Source: Chrysomallon squamiferum | Lineage: Eukaryota > Animalia > Mollusca | DNA: 64,000 nt | Assembly: GCA_012295275.1 (NCBI GenBank) | Contig: CM022665.1 | Coordinates: forward strand, 28,520,001 to 28,584,000 | Reading direction: 5' to 3' | Shown: one piece after another, positions 13,717-26,704 of the stretch | Position numbering within the stretch: the first letter of the stretch is position 1 | How the letters are laid out: every line of letters begins with the position of its first letter | Notes under the pieces: model-generated | Told to the model about the DNA's origin: nothing | Seen by the model: only the letters and a program-made list of their open reading frames with translations | The model's database searches: none | Program-made: the position numbers and the translations under genes

Positions 13717-15144
13717 GGTATAACATTTGATACTACTTTAATTAATACCATTTACGGTTGACAATAGGATACATAAATAACAGTCGAACACTCCTTTCCT
13801 CTTGAAATATTTCACACCTTAAAAATGAAAGGTAGACTACTGATACTGACTGTAAGAAACCTACATTCCACACGACACCTCCAACTACGGGTATGAGACC
13901 CCAATCGACGCCATGTCATCGGTATGCTGTCGCTGTCGTGGTTGGAAATGGTATATAATAAAATCGTAAATTGAATATGTCGTGCTATGTAAACAATGGC
14001 CACTCCTGTATGATATAAATGTCGTTAAACGGAAATGAGATGGGTTGTCATTTTCTGTATTTCATTGATGATGGCATTTGACCAATATTTTACTAGCATG
14101 CATATCAGTAATTATGTTGATACGTTTAATAAGATAAGTTTACTTCTGTATTTTAAAACGTACTATGGCGATATATTATTTTTCATTCTTCAAATATTTT
14201 ATTTTCTGTTGTTGTTTTTTTTTTTTTTTTTTAAAGACAATATTTAAATTGACAAATAATTTTTTTTTTTAATTTTTTTTTTTTTTTTTTTGGGCCACTG
14301 TTATTTACCAGACAGTTTTGTACGTACTGAGGTGAAACTAACTAATTAACGTGACTATTGTGCAAGCAGTCAGAGGTTACGACATAATAATACATTTTTA
14401 TTTAACTCATTTCTTTGTAAAATTATAATGGGCAGGGTAAATGTTTTCATGCTGTTTGTTTGTATTTTTTAATTTTATTTATTTATTTATTTACTTATTT
14501 ATTATTATTATTTTTTTTTTATTTTTTTTTTTTTTAAAGATATATGGTAAAAAAAAAAAATGTGCACTTTTTCATTAATACATTTTTGTCATTTGTAAGT
14601 ATGCGTTAATCTGTGCACTCAAATGAATGGAATATTAAATTATAAGATACTCAGTTTGAAATGTTAATATTATTTTTTTTTAAATTAACTATTTAATTTT
14701 AAAAATTAATAATAATTAATTAATGACAATAACAAATAAATGTATACTGGTTGAAATATTTACAACAGAAACAATACTTTTATATGAAAAATTGCTAAAT
14801 TAAGATGGTGGCGTTAAACATCCGGCAGTTGCGCCTTTGTTATGCGCAGTGATATAACATCAGGAGAAGCGACAATGTAATTATAATGTATCCTGGAGAC
14901 AGTCGAATGAAAATGTCACATGGTTCTACGAAAGCTGTAAACAGTTCTCTTTTTCTTTGTGATAAATATTATGTTAGGCAACAAAAACTTGGATCGTAGA
15001 TGATGAAAAGAATTTATGAACATATAAAGGACCGTTGACAGCAATGTCACGATCATTTTTGGAACAGTTATGATTTATTTTATTTTCCTTCTTTTTGTTT
15101 AACATAAACGATGCAGACAAACGGTCTGCAGTTATTATTACTGT

Positions 15145-15265
15145 CAGTAGCAGCAGTAGTAGCAGCAGCAGCAGCAGTAGTAGCAGTAGTAGCAGCAGTA
15201 GTAGTAGTAGAAGAAGTCGTAGTAATAGTAGTGGTAGTAGTAGTAGTAGCAGTAGAAACAGTAGT
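15145..15265. repeat. (GCA)n/(GTA)n compound trinucleotide repeat
   Basis: Direct reading. Confidence 0.93.
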
Positions 15266-16447
15266 ATATAACTTATTTCATTTTATTTTATTATCATTAC
15301 AATTTAGTAAGCATCAAGTAAATATAACTCTGCCACGATAATCGATTTCAGACATAACTGCTGCAGATATAAATTTAAATATAAACTGAGTTATATACAA
15401 AATAAAATCACTGGTTAGCAAAAAGAAAAGAAAATAATGTATTAAAAAAATAATAATAATAAATAAATAATTAATTAATTAAAATTAGAGATAATATTCT
15501 GTATTGCATATAACATTTTCATCATCACGAACTTCGCAAAAATAAATAAACTGTTAAAATACAGTTTTATTATAAGCCTTCTGAATAGGATTTCTTTATT
15601 TATTTCCTTTCTCATCTTATGGGGAAACTGACACTGACCCCTGACCTCCATCATAATATACATTGGCAATAAGACAGAAAAGGATTAAGGATTAATTAGG
15701 TGAGAACAAGGGATTTCTTATTTGTAAAAAGTATAGTGTGTTGAAACGTAGGCCTACTGGAAAAACGTTACTGAAGACTCCAAAGTTGGTTGTATCCAAT
15801 AAGTGACAACTGACATTTACCTTAATAGCGCCCCTGGAGATTTCTTTGATTTATATTAAGTATATATCTTGTTCAAGTTTTACATGTTTATTTGCTATTT
15901 CCGGCTCTTTTTGCCTCATACTCGTACAGGATATTTAATCCGCAATTCATGATACAATATAAATTCAGTAAATGACTATAAAGTATAAAGTAAAACTATA
16001 CAAGATGTAGCTGATATGCATAGCGGTGACGATAGGAAGAATCAAGGAACGTTTTCGGAAGCACGGTTAACTGATCAGACTAGGGTGTCCCCCGGTGGTT
16101 AGTGTATTCGCGAGTGATTTAGTAATAGCAGTAGAAGTCTTAATGGCAACAGCAGTTGTGGTAGTGGTTATAGTAATAATATAAGTAATATAATAGGTTA
16201 TAGCAGTAATACATAAATATAAGAATAAATAAATGTATTCTACATATGTTCAACAAATAACCAATCATATTTTAACTTCACTTGTCTTTCGAATGATATA
16301 TTTTAAAATGTCTGAGAAAGAAACGTTTTCTCGAATACTATTATTAATTTTATTATTGATTTTAGCCCAAATAGAACAGTGGCTGACTGTCAACCAAAGA
16401 ATGCAAGCCTAAAACTATATTTAAGCCAAATAATTATATTGGCAGGA

Positions 16448-16485
<38 letters not shown>

Positions 16486-16902
16486 TTTGATGCTTGGCCA
16501 TACGAAACAAACTTAATGGCTGTAATTCTGGTACAAATTACGCACACACCAACCACTCATATTTTGGCAATAACGTATCGTAACGTAACAAAGGTGTTGA
16601 TGTATTTTACGATTTCATACACGGACGGACAAAACCGTTCTAATGGCGATTAAGTTCCTGCAGGTGATAGGTATAAGCGTCTAATCGTCCCGAAGACAGA
16701 TTTACAACCCTTAGCTCTCGAGTTAATTTCAATTTTCTCAATTCGTTTGAGTGGAATGTCAAAGCGGATAATGGGTATCGTTAGCGGATTATCGAGATAA
16801 AATAAATCCTGCACAGTCTGTAGCGGATTAACGAACACAGGCAAAGCTGCACGTGACATATGGAAGACAAACAGATAGGTCAAAGCTATGTAAACGACGA
16901 CT

Positions 16903-17030
16903 TGACCGGTCTCTGGAGTCCGGTGGTTAAGTAATCAAATTTACAGTAGGAGAAACAAACTTTAATATTCCAGTGTCAGCGTCGAAAAATTATACGTTTA
17001 ATTCCAATCAGAATGTGATGGGCAGTTATG
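16903..17030 (+). mobile_element. Possible highly decayed tRNA-derived SINE head
   Basis: gaccggtctctggagtccggtggttaag resembles a tRNA A-box/D-arm start. No intact B-box, so weak. Confidence 0.25.
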
Positions 17031-17078
17031 TGTCATGAAAATTATACAACATAAACATGGAAAACACGTACAAATCTA

Positions 17079-17127
<49 letters not shown>

Positions 17128-17820
17128 AAAGGACATGAAATTAACACATAAATAAATAAATAGTCTTAAAATGAAGTTTTAATGAAAATATCCAAATATT
17201 ATAAAATAAAAAACTGAAATGATTTTCCACACTAATGTAGAAAGGAATAAAAAATATTTTCTAAAACAAACAAATCTAATTTGTTGATATATTCTATTAA
17301 ATATTCATTCACAATCAGAATATTAGTACCTGAATCTTGAATCACTTGAAAACAGTTTTAAATTTTAAATTCTTCTTCCAGGATCAAGTCCTGCCGTTTA
17401 CTAAGACAGTACGTCACAATAGTTCATAGACTGCGTCATATTTATACTGCTAAGCAAACCGGACGCAAAAGAAAACTGTTCTTATATATTTATCAGCGTT
17501 CAGTTGTTTTTCTTTGAATAAAATTATAATTATTTAAAATTTATCGTGAGTAATTTTACATCAATGAAAAGATTTTTCTACCATTCTTGGTATAAAAAAA
17601 ATAATAATAATAAAATGTGTAACAGAAGTAACAAAACCATTTGGAGATTTTTTCAAAGTATATAAAGAAAATGAAATTTATTTATTATTTATTTGGTTTT
17701 ACGGTCGACGATTTTGCAGTGTAATGTATTCCATCCAGCACTGAAATGGTCCGAAGTCATTTCCAACACACAATTTATTTTCCATTTCTATTCGTTTTAT
17801 TTTCTTTTCAGTTTTCTTTA

Positions 17821-17851
<31 letters not shown>

Positions 17852-17897
17852 GGGCCTGTGTGTCTGTCTGTCTGTCTGTCTATATGTCCGTCCGTCC

Positions 17898-17945
<48 letters not shown>

Positions 17946-17952
17946 ATATATG
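17821..17952. repeat. Compound microsatellite (TG)n(TA)n(TCTG)n(CT)n(TG)n
   Basis: Direct reading. Confidence 0.93.
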
Positions 17953-18303
17953 TGCTAAGAGAAAAATATATTTTTCAAAGAAATTCATTTAAAATAATGT
18001 AAGTTCTCCAACAAAGAATTGTTTTTTCTTCCATTTTTGAATTAATCGCGTTACTTATATTAAAAAAGCGTTCATTTGTTTTTATTGTTTTAACTTGTTA
18101 TAATTTTAGCGGCATCTGGAAGCTCAGTTTGATAATTAAATGTTTATTCTTGCACTGAAGTGATCCGAAACTGTTTATTGGAAGATAACATCATAATGAC
18201 GTAACCATTTCGTCAGAGTAACTATATTAAAATATGAGAATGAACAAAACATACGTTGATTAGCAGACATAACAATCCGAACTTCCATGCTAGAAGCAGC
18301 GAT

Positions 18304-19642
18304 ATGAACGATTCGAAAGTACATTCGAATATCAGTCACAATGAAAGTATTTGGTCAGTTTAATTTTATTTGACTTCATTTAAATTTTATAATAATACCA
18401 AGTTGACTGTCATTTATTCGGCATGACTGGGACCTGCAGGTTGCCGGATAATTTCCAGTACACTTAATTCAGCTACTCACCATCTCATCCTTCTTTTGAA
18501 ATATCTTTAAATACTGCTATGGAGATGGGTGTTGTTTTTTTTTTTGTTTGTTTTTTCTCCTGCATGTTCAACCGTATTTTTTTATCGACAATGTACGGTG
18601 TTCGCACTTCACGCAACTAGAAGCATTTCATTTATTCCATGCTTGAAACCATGCTTAGGTTAAAAGTTGCCAGGTTTTAACAATAATGGGAGAAAAACAA
18701 ACTGGGATCTTGTCTGTTTGCAAGTGATGCAAACAGCATTTACGGATAAGAAGCGCCATTAAACATTAGCAATAAGTTCGTGCGGTAATTATCATCATCA
18801 CCATCATCATCTTCATCATGTTTAATATGTGAGTAATTGTAATATTTCAGGAAAGATCATGTGCGACAGGAACTGACATCACAGTTAATAAAATGGCCAT
18901 ATAAATGGGGGTTTCTGATCGGTGAATATGACAAGGTAAATATTTTATATACAATGTCTAAATGACTTCCTGATCGGAAACTAAACAGACGAACCGTACT
19001 AAAACTGCAAGTAAGACAATAAAAGTCATTAAAAATACATTATAAGATTCTGTCTAGAGCAGGGAAATTATTAAATCAATTTGAAAAAAAAAAAAAAAAA
19101 AAAAAAAAATCACATCTTACTTATTAAAGTTGATGTGGTTCTTAAGGACAATCCATTTTTAATTTTTCTGTTACTACTAAACCAGTGCCAGTAACGTATT
19201 AAAGATAACGTAAACTATAATCATCAATTATGTATCTGTTGTCATGATGAATAACTTTGATTATTGATATTACTCACAATGAAACTTATCAGTCACTTGT
19301 ACTTACATGTAAACTTTTATTATTTACTAAATGGCACAGTCAGTGTATATATTTATTACCACTCATCTTTATTAGCTCAACAGAGAACTGGACACAAGAG
19401 AGCCTCCAGATGACTCAGAAGAGGTAGAATGGAGAATATCAGGAGACATTAGGCTTCCACCAATCCCACAAATCCGTACATTAAAAGAAGGCAGAAAGAA
19501 ATTTCCAGAAACAACATCTGGGTTGATTGGTTGGAAAGCTCAGAAGGATCTGAAGCTTCATAGTTATCTGTGGTGGCAAAAAACGAAAGGAAGTACATCT
19601 CTGTTGAAACAGCTGGGCTGGCCTATAGATGCGTCACCATAG
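18304..19642 (+). CDS. CIMIP1: CIMIP1/C20orf85 (LLC1 family) ciliary microtubule inner protein homolog, 133 aa; exons 18304-18353, 18851-18935, 19376-19642
   Basis: Spliced translation MNDSKVHSNISHNESIW|KDHVRQELTSQLIKWPYKWGFLIGEYDK|LNRE...FPETTSGLIGWKAQKDLKLHSY...KGSTSLLKQLGWPIDASP* has the IWK..E..WP..WGFL, P.TT.G.IGW and L.WP motifs I recall for C20orf85/LLC1. All introns GT-AG with consistent phases. Confidence 0.85.
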
Positions 19643-20346
19643 ATTAGTTATGGTTGAATGGGCTAAAACGGTTGATTAAAATATGTGTAAGCCAATATAC
19701 AGCAATAACAACTATGTTCCTTGTATTAAAAAATAACATTCCAACATGTATTATGATCATTTGGTTTGTGCATATAGTGATATAACTAAAATGGAATAAA
19801 TTTAATAAAAATGGCATTTAAATGCAGCATGGATTTTATTGGTGTTATTTATACCTTTAGAACAACAAGAGACATCAGTTTTTCTATTATAATGATATTG
19901 TACCAACAACAAACAAACACGAATATATAATACAATATTCAACACAAAAGTAAGACAAAAATTAATTTCTGTTTTTATTCCAAATAATATTTAATATAGA
20001 AAAACATTAACAGTTTGTTTTTATCTTTAAAAAAGCCCCAACAACAAGAAATAAACACCAAAAAAAAGTTTAAAAAAATGTATGTATGTATATATATATA
20101 ATATATGAATCCAACATTAAAAAACCCATTTAAAATTGATAAGAAGTAATGTTGTTTAAGTTGTACTGTTGATAACAAGTTATTTAAAATTTCAGTAATG
20201 AATATTAGGAAATGTTTTTGACACAAGAACAATTCATTCAAATAAAAGATTTCAAAGGAAACTTGTTCATTAATGTAAACCCTGCCTCCTCTGAACTGTA
20301 GAGATTTACAAATAGAAGACACTGAACTTATCTAATACAGCTTCAG

Positions 20347-20510
20347 TCTGATAATTAATCTGGAATCCCATCTTATCCAACTATAAGTGAATAACACTAA
20401 TCTGATAATGAATATTAATCCTGTCGTATCCAAACTTTAGTGACTTGTAGAATAAGACAGTGAAATAAACAAGTTCAGAGTCATCTGATAATGAAAGTTA
20501 ATCCTGTGGT
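20347..20510. repeat. Three degenerate copies of 'tctgataatgaa..ttaatcctgt' in EIF1AD 3' UTR
   Basis: Copies start near 20347, 20401 and 20484. Confidence 0.7.
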
Positions 20511-20535
20511 TGTTTGAATGGTATACTGTAATTTG

Positions 20536-22853
20536 TCATCTGTCACCCTGTTTGAGATCTTCCTCCGAGTCTGTGCTTGACTCTGATTCATACACTACGT
20601 GAGGTCTGTTCGTATTGACAACCATGTCACCTATATCTTCATCTGAATCATCACTTGGAGGTAGCATGTTGCGTGGTATAATTTCAGTGGTTATGTCACT
20701 TTTGTCTTGAAAAGATGCTGGCCTAAGTAATAAAAATGGAAAATAAGAAACAGTAACAAGTATTTTCCAATTAATTTATATATTTTGAAATTATGTAGCT
20801 ACAAGGTGATGTTCCTAAAATCAGCAAAATTGGGACCAGGGCCATGCCAACTAACAAGTTAATAAGTTAACTTTATCTGTTATACTCAAAACTTTATTCT
20901 TCATTTTCATAACTGTACAACTTTTAGGATTTTGGATGCCTACTTTAGGAACATCAACTTGAATATTAAAAAATATACCGACTATTTTTTTTCAAATTAA
21001 CCAAATCTCATGAAACTTGAAGAAATATATCTTTCAAAAAGTGAAGAAAAAAACAACCGGAAACATTTCAAAGTTCTACTTGCACTAGCAATAATTTAAA
21101 ATGTGATGTAGACTGAATGATTCAGACTGCAAAAGTAAATCAGTCATACTCTCACGGAAGGTAAAACTGATTCAATTATATCACAAGTCTGCTGATGTGT
21201 CCTATGCTGTTAAACATTGACAGGGCATACATAGTATTAATATAAAGATTATAATTTTCACAAAGAGTCAATTTAACTTCTTTCTTTCTTTTTCTTTCCT
21301 TTTCATGATGGTTTAATTCAATATTTAACAAATAAGAATAATAAGCTTACGATTTTCCTTTTGGGATATTTACCAAATCATTTGTCCAAAACTATAATTA
21401 TGAACACAATGACAGAACATATGTAAATATTTATTAAATAGAGATGGTAATACTGACAGCTGAGACATAATTTTAATCATTTGAATGTCAATAAATTGAC
21501 AATGATTTGTATGTTTACAGACTGTTAACAGTCCATCCCAGAAATATTCATTTTATACTTTGTAAAAATTACCAAACTTTTAAAATATTAATTAAGATGA
21601 AATAAAGAATACATTATGCACTTATTACCATAAGCCTTCATTCTGGATATGCTTTATTTGATCCTTATACAGAATGCTGATTATCTCCCCCTTTACTCTG
21701 TCTCCTTCTTCTATTGGCTCCACTATAACAAAATCACCTATATAAAAGATATAACAATATTTATAATCTGAAAAAAATATAAAATCAAAAGCTATATTGC
21801 TGAAATCATGATACATATTGTATATTCATTGTTTTTTCTCTTCCATATTGTAAATTAATGTAAATATACAACTTAAAATAGATTAGTAGACAATCCTGAA
21901 ATTTACTATTCTTTGTTTGAGAGTATCTTTTAATTCTTTAACAATAGACCAGCACTATGCAAACCATTTATAACCTTGTGTGTCTAGTGCAGAGACTAAT
22001 TATAAATTATATAAGAGAATTTAGACATTTTTACATATTATTATTCTCAAGGATATTTTTTATTTTTTTAAAACATTTATTATAAAAAAGATTTCATGCA
22101 ATATCTAAAATTCAGCTTATTTACAATATATTTTGATAAAAATTTGATAAAATTTATTATTGCAGTTGATGGTCAAACACATTCAAAATATTTGTTTAAA
22201 ATGGCCATTTTTGGCTATTTTATTTACTGGGTCAAATTTAAGATGATTAAAAATGTATTTCTGACAAATTTGATTTTTAATTTGACAACAATAACAACCA
22301 TTACTCAAAGCATTTCATGTTATGTGGCAATTTTTTTTGGAAAATTAGATTCTACCCCTTTTAATCCAAACATTCTTCCTGAATTTGGTTGGCATAGAAA
22401 CAAGGAACTTCTGTTCTCCAGCAGTTTCAACTTCGTGCAGATTGTTTCCCCTGCTAGCAGTTATCTGTAAGAAACAGAATGAAAAATAACATTTATTTTA
22501 TGTTTTTATTTCTTGATGTCATTTGCTTAGAACTTTTTTATTACTGTTTTTTGTTTAAAAAATAAACCAAAAATAATTATATTTAATATTTAGAACTGAA
22601 AAAAAAAAAAAAATTAAAAATCTATTTTAAAATATATTTTCACTTCATTAACAAAATACTCTTATGCAAATTTAGTAAAAATGAAAAAAGAAATTGAAAG
22701 CTATAATAAATGTAAGAAAGAATATTGGTTTGTTTCAACAAATGTTTTAAATTATAAAATGCTTACCTTCACAATTTCCTGGTTCCCTTGTGGAATAACA
22801 AATTCATTGAGGACTTCCCGAGTTACATGTTTTCTCTTTGTTGCCTTTGACAT
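20536..22853 (-). CDS. EIF1AD: EIF1AD, probable RNA-binding protein with eIF1A/S1-like domain, 163 aa; exons 22853-22767, 22464-22356, 21737-21629, 20722-20536
   Basis: [29 protein letters not shown]|[37 protein letters not shown]|[36 protein letters not shown]|PASF...VVNTNRP...acidic tail. Canonical splice sites; exon lengths 87/109/109/187 sum to 164 codons. Confidence 0.96.
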
Positions 22854-23919
22854 ACTTTTGTTCAGTGTAAGATGTAATTATCTACAATGATACCATAATT
22901 TTTTTTTATTTTAATAAGATGTAAGTTGTTAGCTGTAAAAAGACCCATAATAATTTGCAATTATTTATTATGATTAATCATTGTGATAAATATTTGTTTA
23001 ACAATAACATTTTCTATGTTTATGGCTGTTATATGTATGCATTTTAGAGAAGGAAATTGTAAAATATTTTTTTTTTTATGAGAAAGGAGTTCTGCTGCTA
23101 TCACTTAATATGCAACATTCAGTAATATACATTATTCTCCATGTTCAACTTCTGAAGAAACCACAGCATGCACTATGACAAAAAAAAAAAAAAATAATAA
23201 TAATAAAGTTGTCCAGTTGTATGAAAACATAGTAATATTATCAAATGTAAACCACCAGTTGACAACTGTACAGTAAAAGAAAACAAATAATGTGAGAATG
23301 AAAAAGTAACCTAGTTGCACCATATGCCCTAAATTTTCCATGGAAAAAGAAGAAGAAGAAAAACCTTATTTTTAATTGACTTTATATTCAAAAAAACAAA
23401 ACGTACTGAATATTAGGCATTAATCAGTGGGAAGATTTTTAAAGTATATTTCAGATAATGTTATAATGTTTACAGTCACCTAACGGTGTAACACTGTATA
23501 TTCATCACATGATCTTTTTCTGTTCTCAAATGTAGACAAAATATGTATGGTTTAGCCGGGCACTGAATTATGAATAGCCAATGAATGTATCAAATGTAAC
23601 AACAGTAAAATAAAATAATTTAGTAAGTAAAATAAAAATTCAGAGGTTTTAATAATTAATAATTAATTACAAAATAAACTTATTGCATTTAATATGGCAA
23701 CAGCAGTCGCGATTAAGAACGAAGAAGGACACCATTCTGGTTTGCATCAAGCCACGCTCTTTTTTTCCTCCCCCCCAAACAAAAACAAAAAAAACATTAA
23801 AAAAAAACAATCAGTGTAACCTGACTACTGACTAGGCCTACAAAAATGATTAAAAATCATTATCACGTTAGATGACATTACATATAAATATATGGCTTTC
23901 GGAAAAAATGATTAATATA

Positions 23920-24010
23920 TTAACACACCTGCTGCATAAGCATTAAAGAAAATAACAGATCTGCGGGAAAGGAAACGAAATTGTTCTTGAGTCTGGACTG
24001 GTTCTCGCTG
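23920..24010 (-). promoter_or_regulatory. Putative EIF1AD promoter/non-coding first exon
   Basis: Local CpG presence, E2F-like GCGGGAAA at 23963-23970, minus-strand donor CAG|gtgtgt near 23929. Confidence 0.45.
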
Positions 24011-25572
24011 GTAAATACAACAAAATGTAAAGATAGAATATTAACAGGAACCGTAACTCTGTACCACACATTAAATAGTCTCGGTTTAATTTTTTTTGGT
24101 CGTCATTTTATTTATCTATTATTATTTGTGCGTGTGTGCGTTTACTATGTATGTATGCTTGATATCACTGTATAAATTATTCATAACCAGCTGGCAGTAT
24201 TATTATTTATTTATTCTATAGACTCAGTTATTAATATAATAAAAAACAGCCTTTTAAAGTCGTATGTACTTTAAAAAATCCTTATCCATTTTACACTCTA
24301 TTAAGACAGCCTCTCGGAGCACATTTTACTGAATTTTCTAAACATTTTTATCATTACTGGTTTCTAAACATTTCAAGTTCAGATGGCTAGTGATCAGTCG
24401 CACATTTTCTTATGGCTTCAACCCAGTTAACAGTGACCATTTCTAGACTTAATAAATGGACAATAATGCATTCAAAAAAAATCAAGTTTTATTACCATGT
24501 GAAAATCACAAATACCTAAAAGACTAACTCTATGTATTTGTCCTTCTACTTAATTGAAACATGAACCCTGCAGATCAAAGCATACACATCACTCATCAAA
24601 ATCAGTTTCATGAATATACACTGAACTAAATGCAGTTGAAAGTAATCAAAGGAAAAATAAAATAAAACCAACAAAAAACTTCAACAAGACTGCAAATATC
24701 TATTTATTTTCTGTAATAAGAACAATGAACTAATGATAGAAACATTGTATTGGTAAACTAAATATGATGAAGTACAGAAATAAATCATAGTTTAAAGGTA
24801 CTAAGCAGATATTTATTGCAGAATGAGTTAGGAAATGGGTTGCAATACATTTATTTGTGGTCATTTTCAATTTATTCAAGAACAATAATCAAATTTACAT
24901 TATGAAGTAAAAATAATTATTTTTCCCAAAACAAACTATTATCTGTATAACAGAAAGGTTAGTTTTCAAATGAAAAGATGCAACCATACACATTTCCCCG
25001 ACTTTTGTAATGAAACAAAAGCTTTTATTCTTCAGTGGCTTCACAGTACAATTCAATGCATCAAAACAATATATTGAATTGTAGCATTTTCTTACTATCT
25101 TTATTTACATTAAATGATAATTAACCTATACATGTCAGCTCATCTAGATAAAAATTTAGCAGTTATTATATTTCACAAATTAAAAATGTTCTCTCCTCAT
25201 GAGATACCGATCTTCGGTCTTTCTCCTTCTGATCACTTTTGATTATTTTTACTGTTCTTGTTGTCCAAAGAATCTCAAGCTAAAAATGACGCATTTATCT
25301 TATTGACAGTAAAATAATAAAAATATTTAATTGATATCATTTCAGTTGTTTTCTTTTATAAAAATGTATATTACTACTGCATATTTTTTTGACTAGTTTT
25401 TAACAATCAAAATAATTGTTATAATTAAAACTTCTAATTCTTTCTTTTTAAATAAAATCTACTAAAATTATTATAGTGTTACCATGTAAACAAACACAAA
25501 ATATTAACGTACAAACTTGAAACCAATGTCAGAAATTTTAAAATGTCAAATTAAATCAGCTGAATGTGATGT

Positions 25573-26114
25573 TCACAAAAAGGCATCAGTCCATTCTTTC
25601 AAACAATTAGAACAATCCTTTGACTGTTTAGCATTGGCTCCAGTTACTTCCTTTAACCATTCCTCAAACAGCTCTTGATTTTTTTTCAGGATCAGAAAAT
25701 GTCCAAGGACAATATAAGCCTGAAAAAAAAAAAATATATATATATAATAATAATAATAAATTTGTATATGTTTCATACCCTGTTTTAACTGAGTATTTGT
25801 CAGTTATATATAATTTATATATTATTAGTAGTGTTTTTATAACTGTTAGAAATTAATGATTAAAAATGTGTAACAAAAGCTAAGAAACCAAATAAAAATA
25901 AATTCAGAAATGTTCTAGCTTTTTAATGTTATTGATTTACAAAAATATGACAAATGCAGTTATAATGAAGTTATGTATAATGTTATACCTTGTCAAAACC
26001 TTCTGTTACAAGACGTTCACCTAGAACTTTACCAATTCCTGCAAGCTCAGTAACTGGTTTCTCACCCATAGGCTCGCCAACAAAATTCCTGTGTTTTTGT
26101 GATGTTGATGACAT
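25573..26114 (-). CDS. BANF1: Barrier-to-autointegration factor (BAF), 90 aa; exons 26114-25989, 25719-25573
   Basis: [42 protein letters not shown]|[48 protein letters not shown]. Unmistakable BAF sequence; phase-0 GT-AG intron after FDK. Confidence 0.97.
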
Positions 26115-26147
26115 TTTTCTGTCCAAAAATTTCAATGCTGAAATAAT

Positions 26148-26480
26148 TAACAATATTTAAACCAGAAAAGTATCTCTTCCATTTATTACTTTGAAAAATT
26201 AATATTTCATACAATCATAATGACTAATTTAATGATTATATAATTATTTTTAACGAACCAAAATCTAAGTTCATAAGTATGACTGATAAATATTATTAAC
26301 CGTTAAATTACAAACTGCAAAAATAATAAAAAATTAAAATATCAATCATACTTATGATCTTAGATTTTGGTTCGTTAAAAATAATTATATAATCATTAAA
26401 TAAGTCATTATGATTGTATGAAATATTAATTTTTCAAAATAATAAATGGAAGATATATTTTTCTGGTTTAAATATTGTTA
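26148..26480. repeat. Long inverted repeat: arms 26148-26288 and 26340-26480, 51-bp spacer
   Basis: Manual alignment of left arm with reverse complement of right arm: 141 bp, 6 mismatches, no gaps. Confidence 0.95.
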
Positions 26481-26704
26481 GCACTAAAAACTGGCTTACT
26501 GATGTGATTTATGTCAGTTGCAAAAATAAAACTCAAACTCAAAGAACAGTAACTCTGATTTCTTACTATAAAAGTAAAAATAACGTCAGTCAATAAACGA
26601 TTAAATGCAATAATTTTTATTTAAGATTCCTGTGAATTATCGCCAATTTGTTCTGAAAACTATCTAAAGTAGAAATTTCTTGATAGAATAAACAGTTTAT
26701 GTCT

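Noticed and set aside
13475-13761. Five overlapping ORFs rich in MYVC/HTYI
   Set aside because: Artefacts of the (TATG)n/(TG)n repeat.
15111-15341. Ala/Val-rich ORF resembling a signal or membrane peptide
   Set aside because: It is the (GCA)/(GTA) trinucleotide repeat.
16081-16120. tRNA-like ggtggttagtgtattcgc
   Set aside because: No T-arm/B-box or cloverleaf; at most a SINE relic.
22096-22890. Plus-strand ORFs of 124 and 69 aa
   Set aside because: Antisense to EIF1AD exons and introns; no recognisable product.
25201-25226. Small hairpin accga-tct-tcggt in BANF1 3' UTR
   Set aside because: Too short to distinguish from chance; not a histone stem-loop or SECIS.
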